A stretch of DNA of 20,000 nucleotides. Source: Trichinella spiralis. Lineage: Eukaryota. Below, piece after piece: positions 1 through 10,453 of the stretch. The DNA lies in the NCBI RefSeq assembly GCF_000181795.1, contig NW_003526941.1, positions 10,395,549 through 10,415,548 on the forward strand, read 5' to 3'. The notes under the pieces were generated by a model. That model did no database searches. It saw only the letters and a program-made list of their open reading frames with translations, and was not told where the DNA came from. A program made the translations under genes and the position numbers. Each line of letters begins with the position of its first letter. The first letter of the stretch is position 1.

Positions 1-91
1 ACTATAAAGAGCATTTTAGAAAAAAGTGAATAATTCAATAATAAGAGAAGAATGATGAGTGAAAATATGGACATTTTATTTTAATTTCTAG

Positions 92-233
92 AAAAAATGT
101 TCCATCATTACAAATCAAGAAAACAACGCATTCTACGTCCACGCCCAATGGACACGTGCCTCAGTCTGAATCCGACGATCCGCAACCGTGGCGTCCGTAC
201 CCGCACAACGCCTGCGTTCGACTATTCGATTTG
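92..233 (+). CDS. Probable exon of a gene entering from the left. The frame starting at 93 reads KNVPSLQIKKTTHSTSTPNGHVPQSESDDPQPWRPYPHNACVRLFDL.
   Basis: GC-richer block bounded by an acceptor (ttttattttaatttctag, ends 91) and a consensus donor (TTG|GTAAGT, 234). Two frames are open, so the frame is not certain. The frame from 93 contains WRPY at 189-200; if unspliced it stops at TAG 258-260. Confidence 0.55.
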
Positions 234-1390
234 GTAAGTCGTTTATCCATGCATATATAGATATTTTATTTCAATTACCGCTTGTTGTGTGTATGTGTGC
301 GCGTGCTTTTTGCATTTGTGTGTTTTTTCTTTTGCTTCTTGTTTGAAATGGAAAAAAATAAGCAAAAGTTATGATTACTTTATTCTGAATGTGAGCTTGC
401 CAGTGTTCTTTTGCTTTTGCTCGTTTTGTTCAGAAGTTCCAAGTTTTCTTTGGCGTGCAGTATGTAGCCAGTATCGTAATGAAAGATGAAATTTCCATTT
501 CTTGTTAACATTTCGCATCCACAGTAACAGTAACAACAATCATTATATAATAACAGGCATGCAGCAGTGGCATGCACAATGAAAATGGTACAATCGTACA
601 ATTGTTGTTGTGTTGTTTGGATTTTTGCTATGCTTATTATAATTTGTGCGCTGTTTGAAAAGGTAGATTTTGTCTTCATCTACTAGAGTGTTTTTGGCTT
701 CTGCTTTCTTTTTTTTCTATCTGAACTCACCACGTATCTATGTCAGTCTATGAGCAGTTGGTGACATTCTCAACAATCTCATTGTCTTTAGGATGGATGA
801 ACCTTTTTTGGGCGATGTTTGTCATTTGAAAATTTTTTCCATAAAAAAAGTCTCGTTTTATGAGCTATAAAAAACATGATCAGTCGACTGGACAAGAGAT
901 GCTGGATATTTTTCTTTTTCTACCCAGCACATGGATGGCATTTGTTTTCTTTCTTGGCAAGCGTGAAATTATTTTGCAACGATTGAAAAAATGCTTCTAA
1001 TCTCTTTCTCTCTTTGTGCAATGAGAATGAAGATTGTTTGTTTGTTTGTCTGCTGAATTTTTGCGCACATTTTGTTCGATCAGAAGCAGATAAAGTGGAA
1101 GACAATAATGCATATATATATCTATAACTTGCAACAGTGTCGAAACAGCACGAAAATGCTGCTTTACTCTCAATATGCATACCGTAAATGGAAAAAGAGA
1201 CGCAGTATAGTAATAACTCATTTTTTTGGGAATGAATAATAAATAAAACGCTTTTTTGGTGTATTTTCTTCTTCATTTGTAATTTTGTATATAATTTATT
1301 GGTTCGTCGATATTTTTTTTGCGTTTTTGTTCCTTTGATTTTCAAATGAGAGGCATTTGAATGAGATGAAGATTCTTATCTGCATTGAAT

Positions 1391-1407
1391 GAGAGAGAGA
1401 GAGAGAG
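1391..1407. repeat. (GA)n microsatellite
   Basis: gagagagagagagagag read directly. Confidence 0.9.
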
Positions 1408-4400
1408 TATTGTTTGTTTACTGCAAATTTTTTGAGTTTTGAATAATGTAAAGTTCTAACTTTGCAGTTTTTATTGTTTTGTTATCGTGCAGATTGATTG
1501 ATGAAGAGCTAATTTTGATTTTTTACTAGAAAAAATAGTTCTGTTGAATGATTCGTTTTACTCGTATGGTCACTGTTGAATTCTCATTTCGTATCAATTT
1601 TATTGCATCTTGTTTGAAATTGCCAACAGGCAGCGAGCAGATAAATGGCTTGCGTCTATTTTATTTGATATAAATGAATAAGATGCAAATTTATCATTTT
1701 GTCGGTACTTTCTTGAGAAATCATCATGCAGTGCAGTGCAATGTGCTATCTAGATTATAAGTGGAATGATGAACTTTGTTGATAACAGCAGAATTTTTGC
1801 ACAACTGTTTAAAATTTTATTTATTATATATACATATATAGCAGCGATGCGTTCTATCGTTTTCATTCATTCAATTGAAGCCAGTTTCGAAAAACAGTCG
1901 TTTTCTCTACACACAGTCTTCTCAGGCAGTCAATTTTCTTCCATTTTCTCTCATTCATTTTTGGATGTTGCTCTTGAAAAATGTGAAATTTATCACCATC
2001 TTCTCTTTTATCTGCTTTATACACTTTTACGTTTGCTTTTGATTTTTCTTTTCCCACATTTAAAACCTAGCCGCTGTGCTGTGCGCACATATTCAAGCAA
2101 GCAATGATAATTTTTTTTTCAATATCTTCTTAACTTGTTCAACAAATCAAGAGGAGGAGGATATTTTTTTGATTTTGTTATCATTATTGCACAACAACGT
2201 TTATATTTCTTTTTTAAATTTCTACTATTGACATACATGCATGCAATTGATCTTACTTGGTTGGCATGGATCATGTTCACCAAAGCATTTTCTCAAAGGG
2301 AATAATAATAATAATGTTTTTGCTCAGTTTCAGAAGAATTTCCATAAGTTGATACTTACTTGTTCAATTTTCTCAGATTTTTTTTTCATTTTTCATTTTC
2401 ATATTAAAATTATTACTTGTAAAAATACATTAATTAGTCTTTTTTTTGTTTCTGTATTTATTAGATTTTATTTTTCAATCGGAATTTTTTAGTTTGATAA
2501 TTCAAATATACTGACGACAACTGTTGGATTTGTTGTTTCAAAATTTGCTTCACATATGTTTGAATGTTTGTTGTTTATTGAAGAAATGTTCATAAAAGTT
2601 GCAAAAGTTGGATGGTTGGTTACTTTGACATTCTTTCAAATTTGATTCAGATAAGCAATTGAAATTTAAAAATGATAAATGTTTTAAATTGAAAAATAAT
2701 GTATATATATATATGGATTTGTTTGTTTAATTTTATATTTTACATATTCAACTTTTCGTATTTAACAAATTATATAAGCACTAGTGATGGAAAATCACTA
2801 GAACGGCTAGATTTACTTACCATTTATTTGGTGGCGTGTTGTTTCTTGAGCGTGCTGAGAGGTATTGTTCCACTGATGGGGGGCAGTTTGCAAAATTATT
2901 GCTTCAATCAAAAATAGCAGCGTTTCAATTGAAAATTTGGGCCATTCATCAACAAAATAGATTGGCAAAGTATTTCGGTGAAAATAAGTGTCAAGTTTCT
3001 TTTTGCAATATTTTTATTATTGTACAAATATTTTATCAAATACTGTAAAAAGCCAGGAGGGGGTGTTCGAACTGTTTGTAGATGATCATGACCAAGAGTG
3101 GCGACGATGCGTGCACACAAACTACCGAGCGTGTAAATTCGATTAGCTTTGCTGGAAAAAAAATAAAAGCACGCTTCATTCAATTTTGTCGGCTTGCTTG
3201 ACCAACAGCGGTATAAGCAGCTTGATGAAAGGATAACAACACTGTAAGCAGTTCGTTTCGGTGAACATTTATTTATGCTGAGCTTTTTTCGAGCTTTCGA
3301 AAACGCGATCGACCAATTTTTTTACAATAGGGAGGATGGGCATTTTTTGCAGTCGACTGACTCGTCACGAGCAAACGATATTCACGCCGGCGTGAATTTG
3401 TGGGATACAATAAGCTTGCTCTGGTCATGTTCCAGGGGTCGACTGGATGTTCGTCGATTAAGCTGAATTAGCGATGCGTGAAAAGTCTACTAAGCGATCA
3501 GCGTTCGCTTTGCATTTGAATGCGGCCGACTGTGAAATTCGACTAGCACTAGCATTCAGTGAAACGAACCAACTGCCTGACTTCTGGTAAGCTGACCGCC
3601 TGGCAGATGGCGCATCAGTTGCTGCTCAGCTATATGCAATGCAATTCACATCCACACACGGCTGTTGCGCCATTGGGTCGGCCAGTTGCGAATGAAACAC
3701 CGATAGCACGGAACAATCGTCTGCGAACAATGGACCAAGAGAAAACATCTGCTCGTCATTGCAATTCCGGCTGCAAGCTTTCCACTAATCCTACCGCCCG
3801 ATGGGACTTTTTCCCAAATTCCACAGCACGGCTTGCAACTGAAATCACTGACGCGTGTGATATCCCCTTTCCGTTCAGATGGTACTTGAAACGGTTTTTC
3901 ATCCCCTCTCAGCGTGGCTTTGCATTCATAACGAACAAATTGGAGGGAATTGAAAAAGTTGTTCAAAGAGAAAATGTACAAAAATTTGTGTTGTAAAATT
4001 CAATTTTTCGATTCAACGAAAAACAAGCAAGCAGTATCTTTTACAATGTCAGCCGGAATATTTTTATAAATTGGCCACAATTGGTGATACCACATTTGAA
4101 ATGTTACCATTGACAGTCAAAATTTGAGTTTATAACGTATTTGAAATTTTATGTGAAGTAGTTGTCTTATTCGTGCTCTCCACTTAATCGCTCTGAATTG
4201 TCAATCAAATGTACATTTATTTTTGCGGCTTTTGTAAGAATAGAACCATTGTATTTTGTTTTTTTTGTTCAAAATTTCGACTTCTTGGAAATGCAGTCGA
4301 CGAAGTTTGAAATTATTTTCCATTTAGTCAAGTGACAGACAGTCTGTATTACAATTTTAAGCATGGTTGAAATGTTATTTCAAATAATTGTTTTCTCAAC

Positions 4401-5505
4401 TAGTGACAGATAACATTTTGCAAACTTTTTCCAAGGGGATGCGTGGGAAATGTCCATTCGCACACACACACCATTGCTTCCCATGGTGACCGATGATGGC
4501 ATTTCCCAACGGTATTGTTGGAACAATTTGGACGAGAAAATAGCATTGCAGCGCATTGTGACATTGTCAACTGTTTGTCCTTTTTTGTTCGTCAACAGTA
4601 TGCAAGTGAAATGGGCTTTTTTGTGGCATATGACTTTTTTTCACTAATGGAAGTGTGCATACGAAATACTTGAGTTGCAGGGGTGGACTGCGGATGTAGA
4701 CCAAGTCAAGGTCGATGGAGGAGAGTGTTGCAAAAGAGAGGAATCTTTGGTTTGTTTGTCAGAATATTCGTTCATTTATTGACCCGACGTTGTCGGGTAA
4801 TTGTTATTGCCCCCGGACGCCAGCCAGGCAGCGAGCGGGCGGTTCCCATCCTATTTTTTTTCGTTCGTATACTGAAATTCCTCTCCACTACCGCCTCATT
4901 CGATGCGTTGTGTGACTCACTCGGACGGACGGCTGGGAACGTGCTGCGTGGCCTTAAAATGGCGAATTGTATTCGTTGTGGAACAAAAGACGCATGCATA
5001 TCTGCTCCAGTTAGGGTGGTACTATTTTGCTTGCACAGATGATGAAGTCGATGGGTACAACAATTTATTGTACCAATTATTGGCATTTACTGTCAAAGAA
5101 TAACGATTAGCTTAAGATCAGAAAGAATGTTGCTTTTCAAGAAAATAAAAGAATAGAAATTCTACTAGTACTACTACTACTAATAATAATAATAAACAGA
5201 AATAAAAACAGTATTAAATTAATTGATCAGATAATTCATTTTTGATTGGAAAATGACAATTCGACAAAAAAAATTCACAGAATTTTAGTACAAAAAATAC
5301 AATTTTTGTTCAATCCAAGTATGATGTATTTTGTTGATGTTCAACTAATTAATTAATGATGATGATGTGAGCTTGCGCAACTGTTGGAGATATTTTATTT
5401 TCAAAAGCAGAACGCGGTGGTCCAGTATAATATGTTTTGTTGTATCAGCTGTTTGATGACGATGATGATGGTGATGGTGTCAAGCCTCAGCTGTTGGCTT
5501 GGTCA

Positions 5506-5856
5506 GGATTATCACATTGAGTGAACAGAGCAGTTTGTGCAAACAGAGTGGATAAAAATAGGATAATGCAGTGCTGTGCTTGGCCGATCGGCCGGGTGGG
5601 TAAGCCGGGATTATCCCTTTGACCAGAAGCATCATTGTGGAACATCAGTGGACGAATTCAGAAGGTCGGAAGGTTGAAAGCGGTCCGTGTGCTAGAGCAC
5701 TCAGGCAAACGCCGCGAGAGAAGTGCTTCTCTTGTTGAACGGTGTTTGAACGGCATACGATCCACCAGAGTGGCATGTGCGCCATCGGATTAGTGCACAA
5801 TAGTAGGCAGTGTGTTCGGCCAACTTTCCGTCCGGTAAAAAATAATAGCCGGATTA
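5506..5856 (+). promoter_or_regulatory. Candidate enhancer with four GGATTA (K50 homeodomain, Otx/Pitx-type) sites
   Basis: GGATTA at 5506, 5608, 5787 and 5851, all on the same strand in a GC-richer island. CAGCTG E-boxes flank it at 5446, 5488 and 5882. Confidence 0.45.
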
Positions 5857-6267
5857 ACTGAAGCAAAGGTGTTCTCTGTCTCAGCTGACACCGGCCAACT
5901 GCTATCTGTCATGGCACATGTCCTTGCGCGTTACTGCTGGCCAACTGGTATTCTTTGTCTTGTACTATACCGCTGACCATAATTAGCCGTCGTTTACTGT
6001 GCCAAACGGGCACGGCGTTGTCTTGCACAACTGGAGTCGCATCTGACCAGAGTATAAGAATCGGCACGGCTCCTTTTGACCTGTATTATTGGAATTTGGA
6101 TGCAAAAGAAGAGGGAAAAGTTCCGCTTTTCATCCATCCATTTGTGCTTGTCACTTTTTTTTCAGATGTTCCACTGAACGGACGGTTCTGTGGGTTTTGA
6201 GATTTCGATCATCAACGTATCAGGGCAGGTTCACACTGGCGACATGCCATCCTGTATCATAGTCAAT

Positions 6268-6460
6268 AATTGGATCGGTCACAAAAGGGTCAGGCACATT
6301 CCCACCGTGCGGCAGAAGGCATTTTTCCGTTTCAAATTGACGTGGTCGCAGTTGCTCACCAATGCACACACACACACACACACACACATACACTCTCTCT
6401 CACGTCCAGCTGCTTGCTCACTTCGACCTATAAAAAGGCAGTTCCCACGACGTGGTTGAC
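6268..6460 (+). promoter_or_regulatory. Candidate TATA-containing Pol II promoter with CSL sites
   Basis: ATTGG near 6269, TTCCCAC 6299-6305, TGACGTGG 6338-6345, CCAAT 6359-6363, (CA)n, CAGCTG 6407, TATAAAAA 6429-6436, TTCCCACG 6442-6449. Confidence 0.55.
6365..6388. repeat. (CA)n microsatellite
   Basis: cacacacacacacacacacacaca read directly. Confidence 0.9.
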
Positions 6461-9400
6461 GACGTTGTTCGCTCCACTGATCAAGCAAACTTTGCCAACA
6501 GAAGCAGCTGGTCAATTTGCATACAGACCAACAATATGTCAAGTGTAGATAGCGAAGTGAAGAGAGAGATTGAGAGAGGTGGGGGCAAGAGGGGGATAGT
6601 AGAACTGCTGTTTATATATCTCAGCTTGTTGGAATTGGCTTTATCAAACGACAACAAATCTGATTCGTGTGCTTTCAGCAGAAGATTTTGCTTCTTTAGA
6701 CGAATAATTTCAAACATATTTGTTGACATTTGGACAAGCATTAAAGTTATAAAATAGTTTTCCAACTTCACCGATGTATCGATGATGGATGATGTAAAAA
6801 ATTTTTGCTGAAATTGTTTCATCATTATTTATTAGTTTGTTTATTTGTTTGTTTATTTGTTTGTTTTGCCTTTTTGCAAGATTGAAAGCAAACCAGAAAG
6901 AATTGGGCAATTTCGATCGTATGTGCAAAGTTGTGAAGTTTTGCCATTTGTAGTAGGGGAAAAAATTGGGAGAAAAATTTTTTGTCCAATTTTAAACTGA
7001 TCGTGAAAATCGATTTGACTGACAAAATCACTTAGCAGAAAGTTTATGCTCGCTTGCTTGCTTGTTCGAGAAACAGATGAGTTGAAGCAATTTGTGTTGC
7101 AAATTTTGATGCACATTTATATATAATAGTTGAAAATTTCATTTTGCAGATTATCTAAATTTCTAAGGTTTTTTTTTGCTTTTTCTTCATTCATATAAAA
7201 AAAATATATATATATTTCTGTCATCAACAGAAGAGTGTTGAATTGTGTTCATTGATTTCAATTCAATTGTATGTACCACAAGTTTGGCAAAATGATCAGT
7301 ATCAAGTTTTGTGTTGAAGCTTAAATTTTTAAATATGCTTTTTTATCCGCTAGGAAAGTTTATTAAGAAAATCTGAACAAATATATTTATTTATATTTCT
7401 ACTAAGATAATGAACTACAAAATTTGACTAAATTCAATTAACTAATAATTGCTCGATTGCTTTCTCTAATGATGATGATGATGATGATAATTTGTAAAAT
7501 TGTAACTCAACTGTTTGACTTGAATGCGACAAATGTAGCTAACAAATGTGACTTTTATTTCGAAAATCTTTTTTGGTGTTGTAATCAATTCTGCAATCAC
7601 TTTGCGGTGTGCGATAAGTTGATACAATTTACCCATTTATGACAAGTTTGATTTATTGAAAATTTGTATCAAATATATTTTGAATGTATTTTGCGCACAT
7701 ATTGGAAAATTTTCAATTCATTTGTTGCTTGCATATGCATAATGTTCGATTTGCTAGCTATTTTTATATAAAATAACAATTGTGATAATAAATATTCAAA
7801 GTGTAATTTCAGTAAAGCTAATGGAATTTTTATTTAATATTTCAGTAGGAAAATATATGATAAACGAATAAGTTCATGTATGTTTAAAATATTTATTTAT
7901 TTATTTATTTATACAATAGATGCTTATTTTGCCTTAGCCGTTTTTTGATCATTCTTTTATGTGAAAAAGGTTTTTCAAATATTACAACCAAACAAACACA
8001 CAGTCACGTGTTCATTTTGAAAGTTCAATGTACGAATTTGATCGATCGATGATTGAAATAGAGGAAACAGTGCAACAAACTTTTGCATTTATTTACTTGC
8101 AGCTTATCAACAATTAGTAATTGGTTGATTGTTGTCGTTGTTGTTTTTCAAATTTACATAACCTTTGGTGCTTTTTGATGATTCATAAAGTTTGTAATTT
8201 TTGAATATTTTCATTCGTAAAGTAGAGAACAACAACAACAACAACTCTCTTGCTTTTAAAGCTTCTGACCAGGATGTTTCAGTTGTGCTGTTGTTCTATG
8301 TAACGTCTTGTGTATGTGAAATATACAATTGAACGTAATCCTTGAAGTTGTAAGCTAAGTTTTGAAACACGTTAAACTGTGAAATGTGTTTAAAACTCAG
8401 AATAAATTATTATATAAATAAATGTATACTGTGACCATGGTTAGGATGTGGGAACAAGCAAACATATTGAAATATATCTTTTGTTCACAGTTGATCTGCT
8501 GCGCTTATGTGGAATCTGCTTGTATGCACGACACTGAATGTGTGACTTATGTGATTTTTTTTTAATTTAAGCAAATCATTTGAAAAATAAAACTGTTTTT
8601 AGAAATATTTCTCTTTATTTCTGCTTAAAAAATGATTGCTACAATTTTCAAAAATTTTTTTCATAAAAAAAAGAAAAATAATATTTAAAAAAAATTTCAG
8701 CATGAACGTGTTGTTGTTATTTGCACAGGTGATGCATGAAGTTGTTGTTGTCGAAGGGAAGTACTTTTTCAGATTTACGTTGGTTGCTGTTATATTATTA
8801 TTATTAATTATGGCGAGCAAGCGTGAGATAACTGAATGTGTAAGTGTTTGTTCAGTTTGATGCAAAATTATCCACAATGAACTTTGTTAATAATTGATAA
8901 TTTTCCATTTAATAATAATAATAAAGTTCAAGTAAGGGAGGATGAAAAAAACAAGCATAAAGAAAGAGAAAGAGAGAGGTATGGTTGAATAATAAAAGAC
9001 CTATGCTGATGATGGGTTAGTTCTGTGCGCATGACCAACAGCTAATTTGTGACAAGATTTGATCCAGTTTATTATAATTTTGGTTCAGCTCAGTTTCTGT
9101 TCTGTTATTTGAAGACTCTTTGTTCCTTTTCTTCTACTACATTACGACCGCTCTGTGGAAACATGCTGCTGCGTGTTCAGCAGGCAAGTCAGGCTATGCA
9201 GAGGTCATCAGCATGATCGCCACTGCTATAGAGGTCGAATTGCTTGTGCAGTGATGAACTTGTCACCAGAGACAAAAACCAATTCGACCTAAGCTTAAGG
9301 ATGAATGACGACAAGTTGCGATTGTATGTCTAAGCTGAACTACTGTTGCGCAATAGTATTTAAACAAGTGGGGCGTTTTCTTTTCCTATTCCACTCACAA

Positions 9401-9543
9401 TAAATGCTAATCGTCTCTGCTTTTCTAACCAAAAGGGTCAATTTATTTGCCATGATGTTTTGTTTCAATCACCATCACTCTCGGCTTATATAAAACTGTA
9501 TAATGATGAGGGGAAAAAGATTTTTTCTCTTATTATTAATATT

Positions 9544-9549
9544 TTTATT
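9544..9549 (-). terminator. Candidate polyadenylation signal of the HLH gene
   Basis: AATAAA on the minus strand (plus-strand tttatt) about 210 nt after the stop, at the edge of an AT-rich tract. Confidence 0.5.
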
Positions 9550-9739
9550 GAAATAAAGAAAAACATCCGAATGCTGCCATTTTAAGTGAAAAGCATCAGC
9601 TCGTCACTAGTGTGATTAATATATGCAAAGGAAAAAAAACACACCAAACATGAAGTGAAAAAAGCAAGTGAAAGCGATGACTGATCAACTTGTGTGACCA
9701 TGGCACAGGCGAACTCGTGACAGCCAGCCAAGCCGCACG

Positions 9740-9746
9740 TAAAGCT
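9740..9746 (-). promoter_or_regulatory. Brd box (AGCTTTA; miR-79/miR-4 family seed match) in the 3' UTR
   Basis: Plus-strand taaagct equals AGCTTTA in the mRNA sense, 13 nt after the predicted TGA. Confidence 0.4.
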
Positions 9747-9759
9747 TAGAATTCTGCTT

Positions 9760-10329
9760 TCAAGTGCTGCACTGCAACAAATTGGTACTGGTAAAATTGG
9801 CCGGGATGCGGGATTGCAATTTTCTGTACAATTCTCCGGGTGTGCAGCAATTTTCTCGGCTAACAACTTTGCCCGGATCACTCGCTTGTGTCGACACCAG
9901 TCCGAGATAGGAGATCAATTCTGAATTGGAAAAAAAACAAGATGATTCATTAATTTCTTCATATTGATTTGATAAAAATTTTCATATAAATTAGCATTTT
10001 TCTTGTTCGATGATGATGATGATGATGATGGACATACCTGGAGGCAGTTGACCAGATTGAACTCGAGCGAAGATTGCTTGGTGCAGTTGATCGATCAGAT
10101 TGACCGCTTCGTTCAGGACGGACATTTCATCACGGGGACTTGTAGTTGCACGAGTTTCTCGCGGAAGAGCTCTGTGCAAGCGTCGCAACAGTTGACGACG
10201 AAGTTTGCGAAACATGGCTCTTTTAGCTCTCACCGCTGACGACTGGCTGCTGCATTTGCGGCCAATTTTATTGCCCTTGTTGGTGGCAGATTTTGTCGCA
10301 TCATTCGAATTCGGCATTCGTACAGTCAT
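9760..10329 (-). CDS. Atypical helix-loop-helix protein (ID/Emc-like, non-canonical basic region), 150 aa, two exons: 10329-10038 and 9920-9760
   Basis: Exon 1 encodes RKLRRQLLRRLHRALP-loop-DEMSVLNEAVNLIDQLHQAIFARV, matching HLH helix 1 (LxxLxxxLP) and helix 2 (vLxxAvxxIxxL). The first in-frame ATG is at 10329 (the ORF-track start at 10539 is TTG). Phase-1 intron CCAG|GTATGT...ttttttttccaattcAG|AA. Exon 2 stays open (ELISYLGLVSTQASDPGKVVSRENCCTPGELYRKLQSRIPANFTSTNLLQCST) to TGA at 9762-9760. Confidence 0.8.
9921..10037 (-). other. 117-nt GT-AG intron of the HLH gene, containing an (ATC)n microsatellite
   Basis: Donor GTATGT at 10037; polypyrimidine tract and CAG ending at 9921. Splicing removes the poly-Ile tail seen in the raw ORF and keeps the frame. 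Confidence 0.8.
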
Positions 10330-10453
10330 ATTTCTTCTTTTCTTTTTTTTCAAATCAGTCGACAAACTACAACGTCGGAATTCGCTTGGTTCGTGGGTTA
10401 GCTTCGCCTCAGCAAATGATGCACAGCACAGACTGTTCTGAAGTTCTGAAGTG

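Noticed and set aside
2781..2810. 8-bp hairpin CTAGTGAT/ATCACTAG followed by CTAG (Helitron end or miR-7 fragment)
   Set aside because: No T after CTAG, no 5' end identified, and the miR-7 seed is missing.
289..3183. Many short Phe/Ile/Lys-rich ORFs here and elsewhere in the track
   Set aside because: Low-complexity translations of AT-rich intronic or intergenic DNA, mostly with non-ATG starts and no domains.
8998..9206. Hammerhead ribozyme core (CTGATGA..GAAAC..GTC)
   Set aside because: Stem I does not pair next to the cleavage triplet, and stem II would be about 145 nt.
9232..9292. AACCAATTCGACCTA resembling RNase P RNA CR-V
   Set aside because: Its complement is only about 40 nt upstream, and no CR-I/P1/P2 architecture was found.
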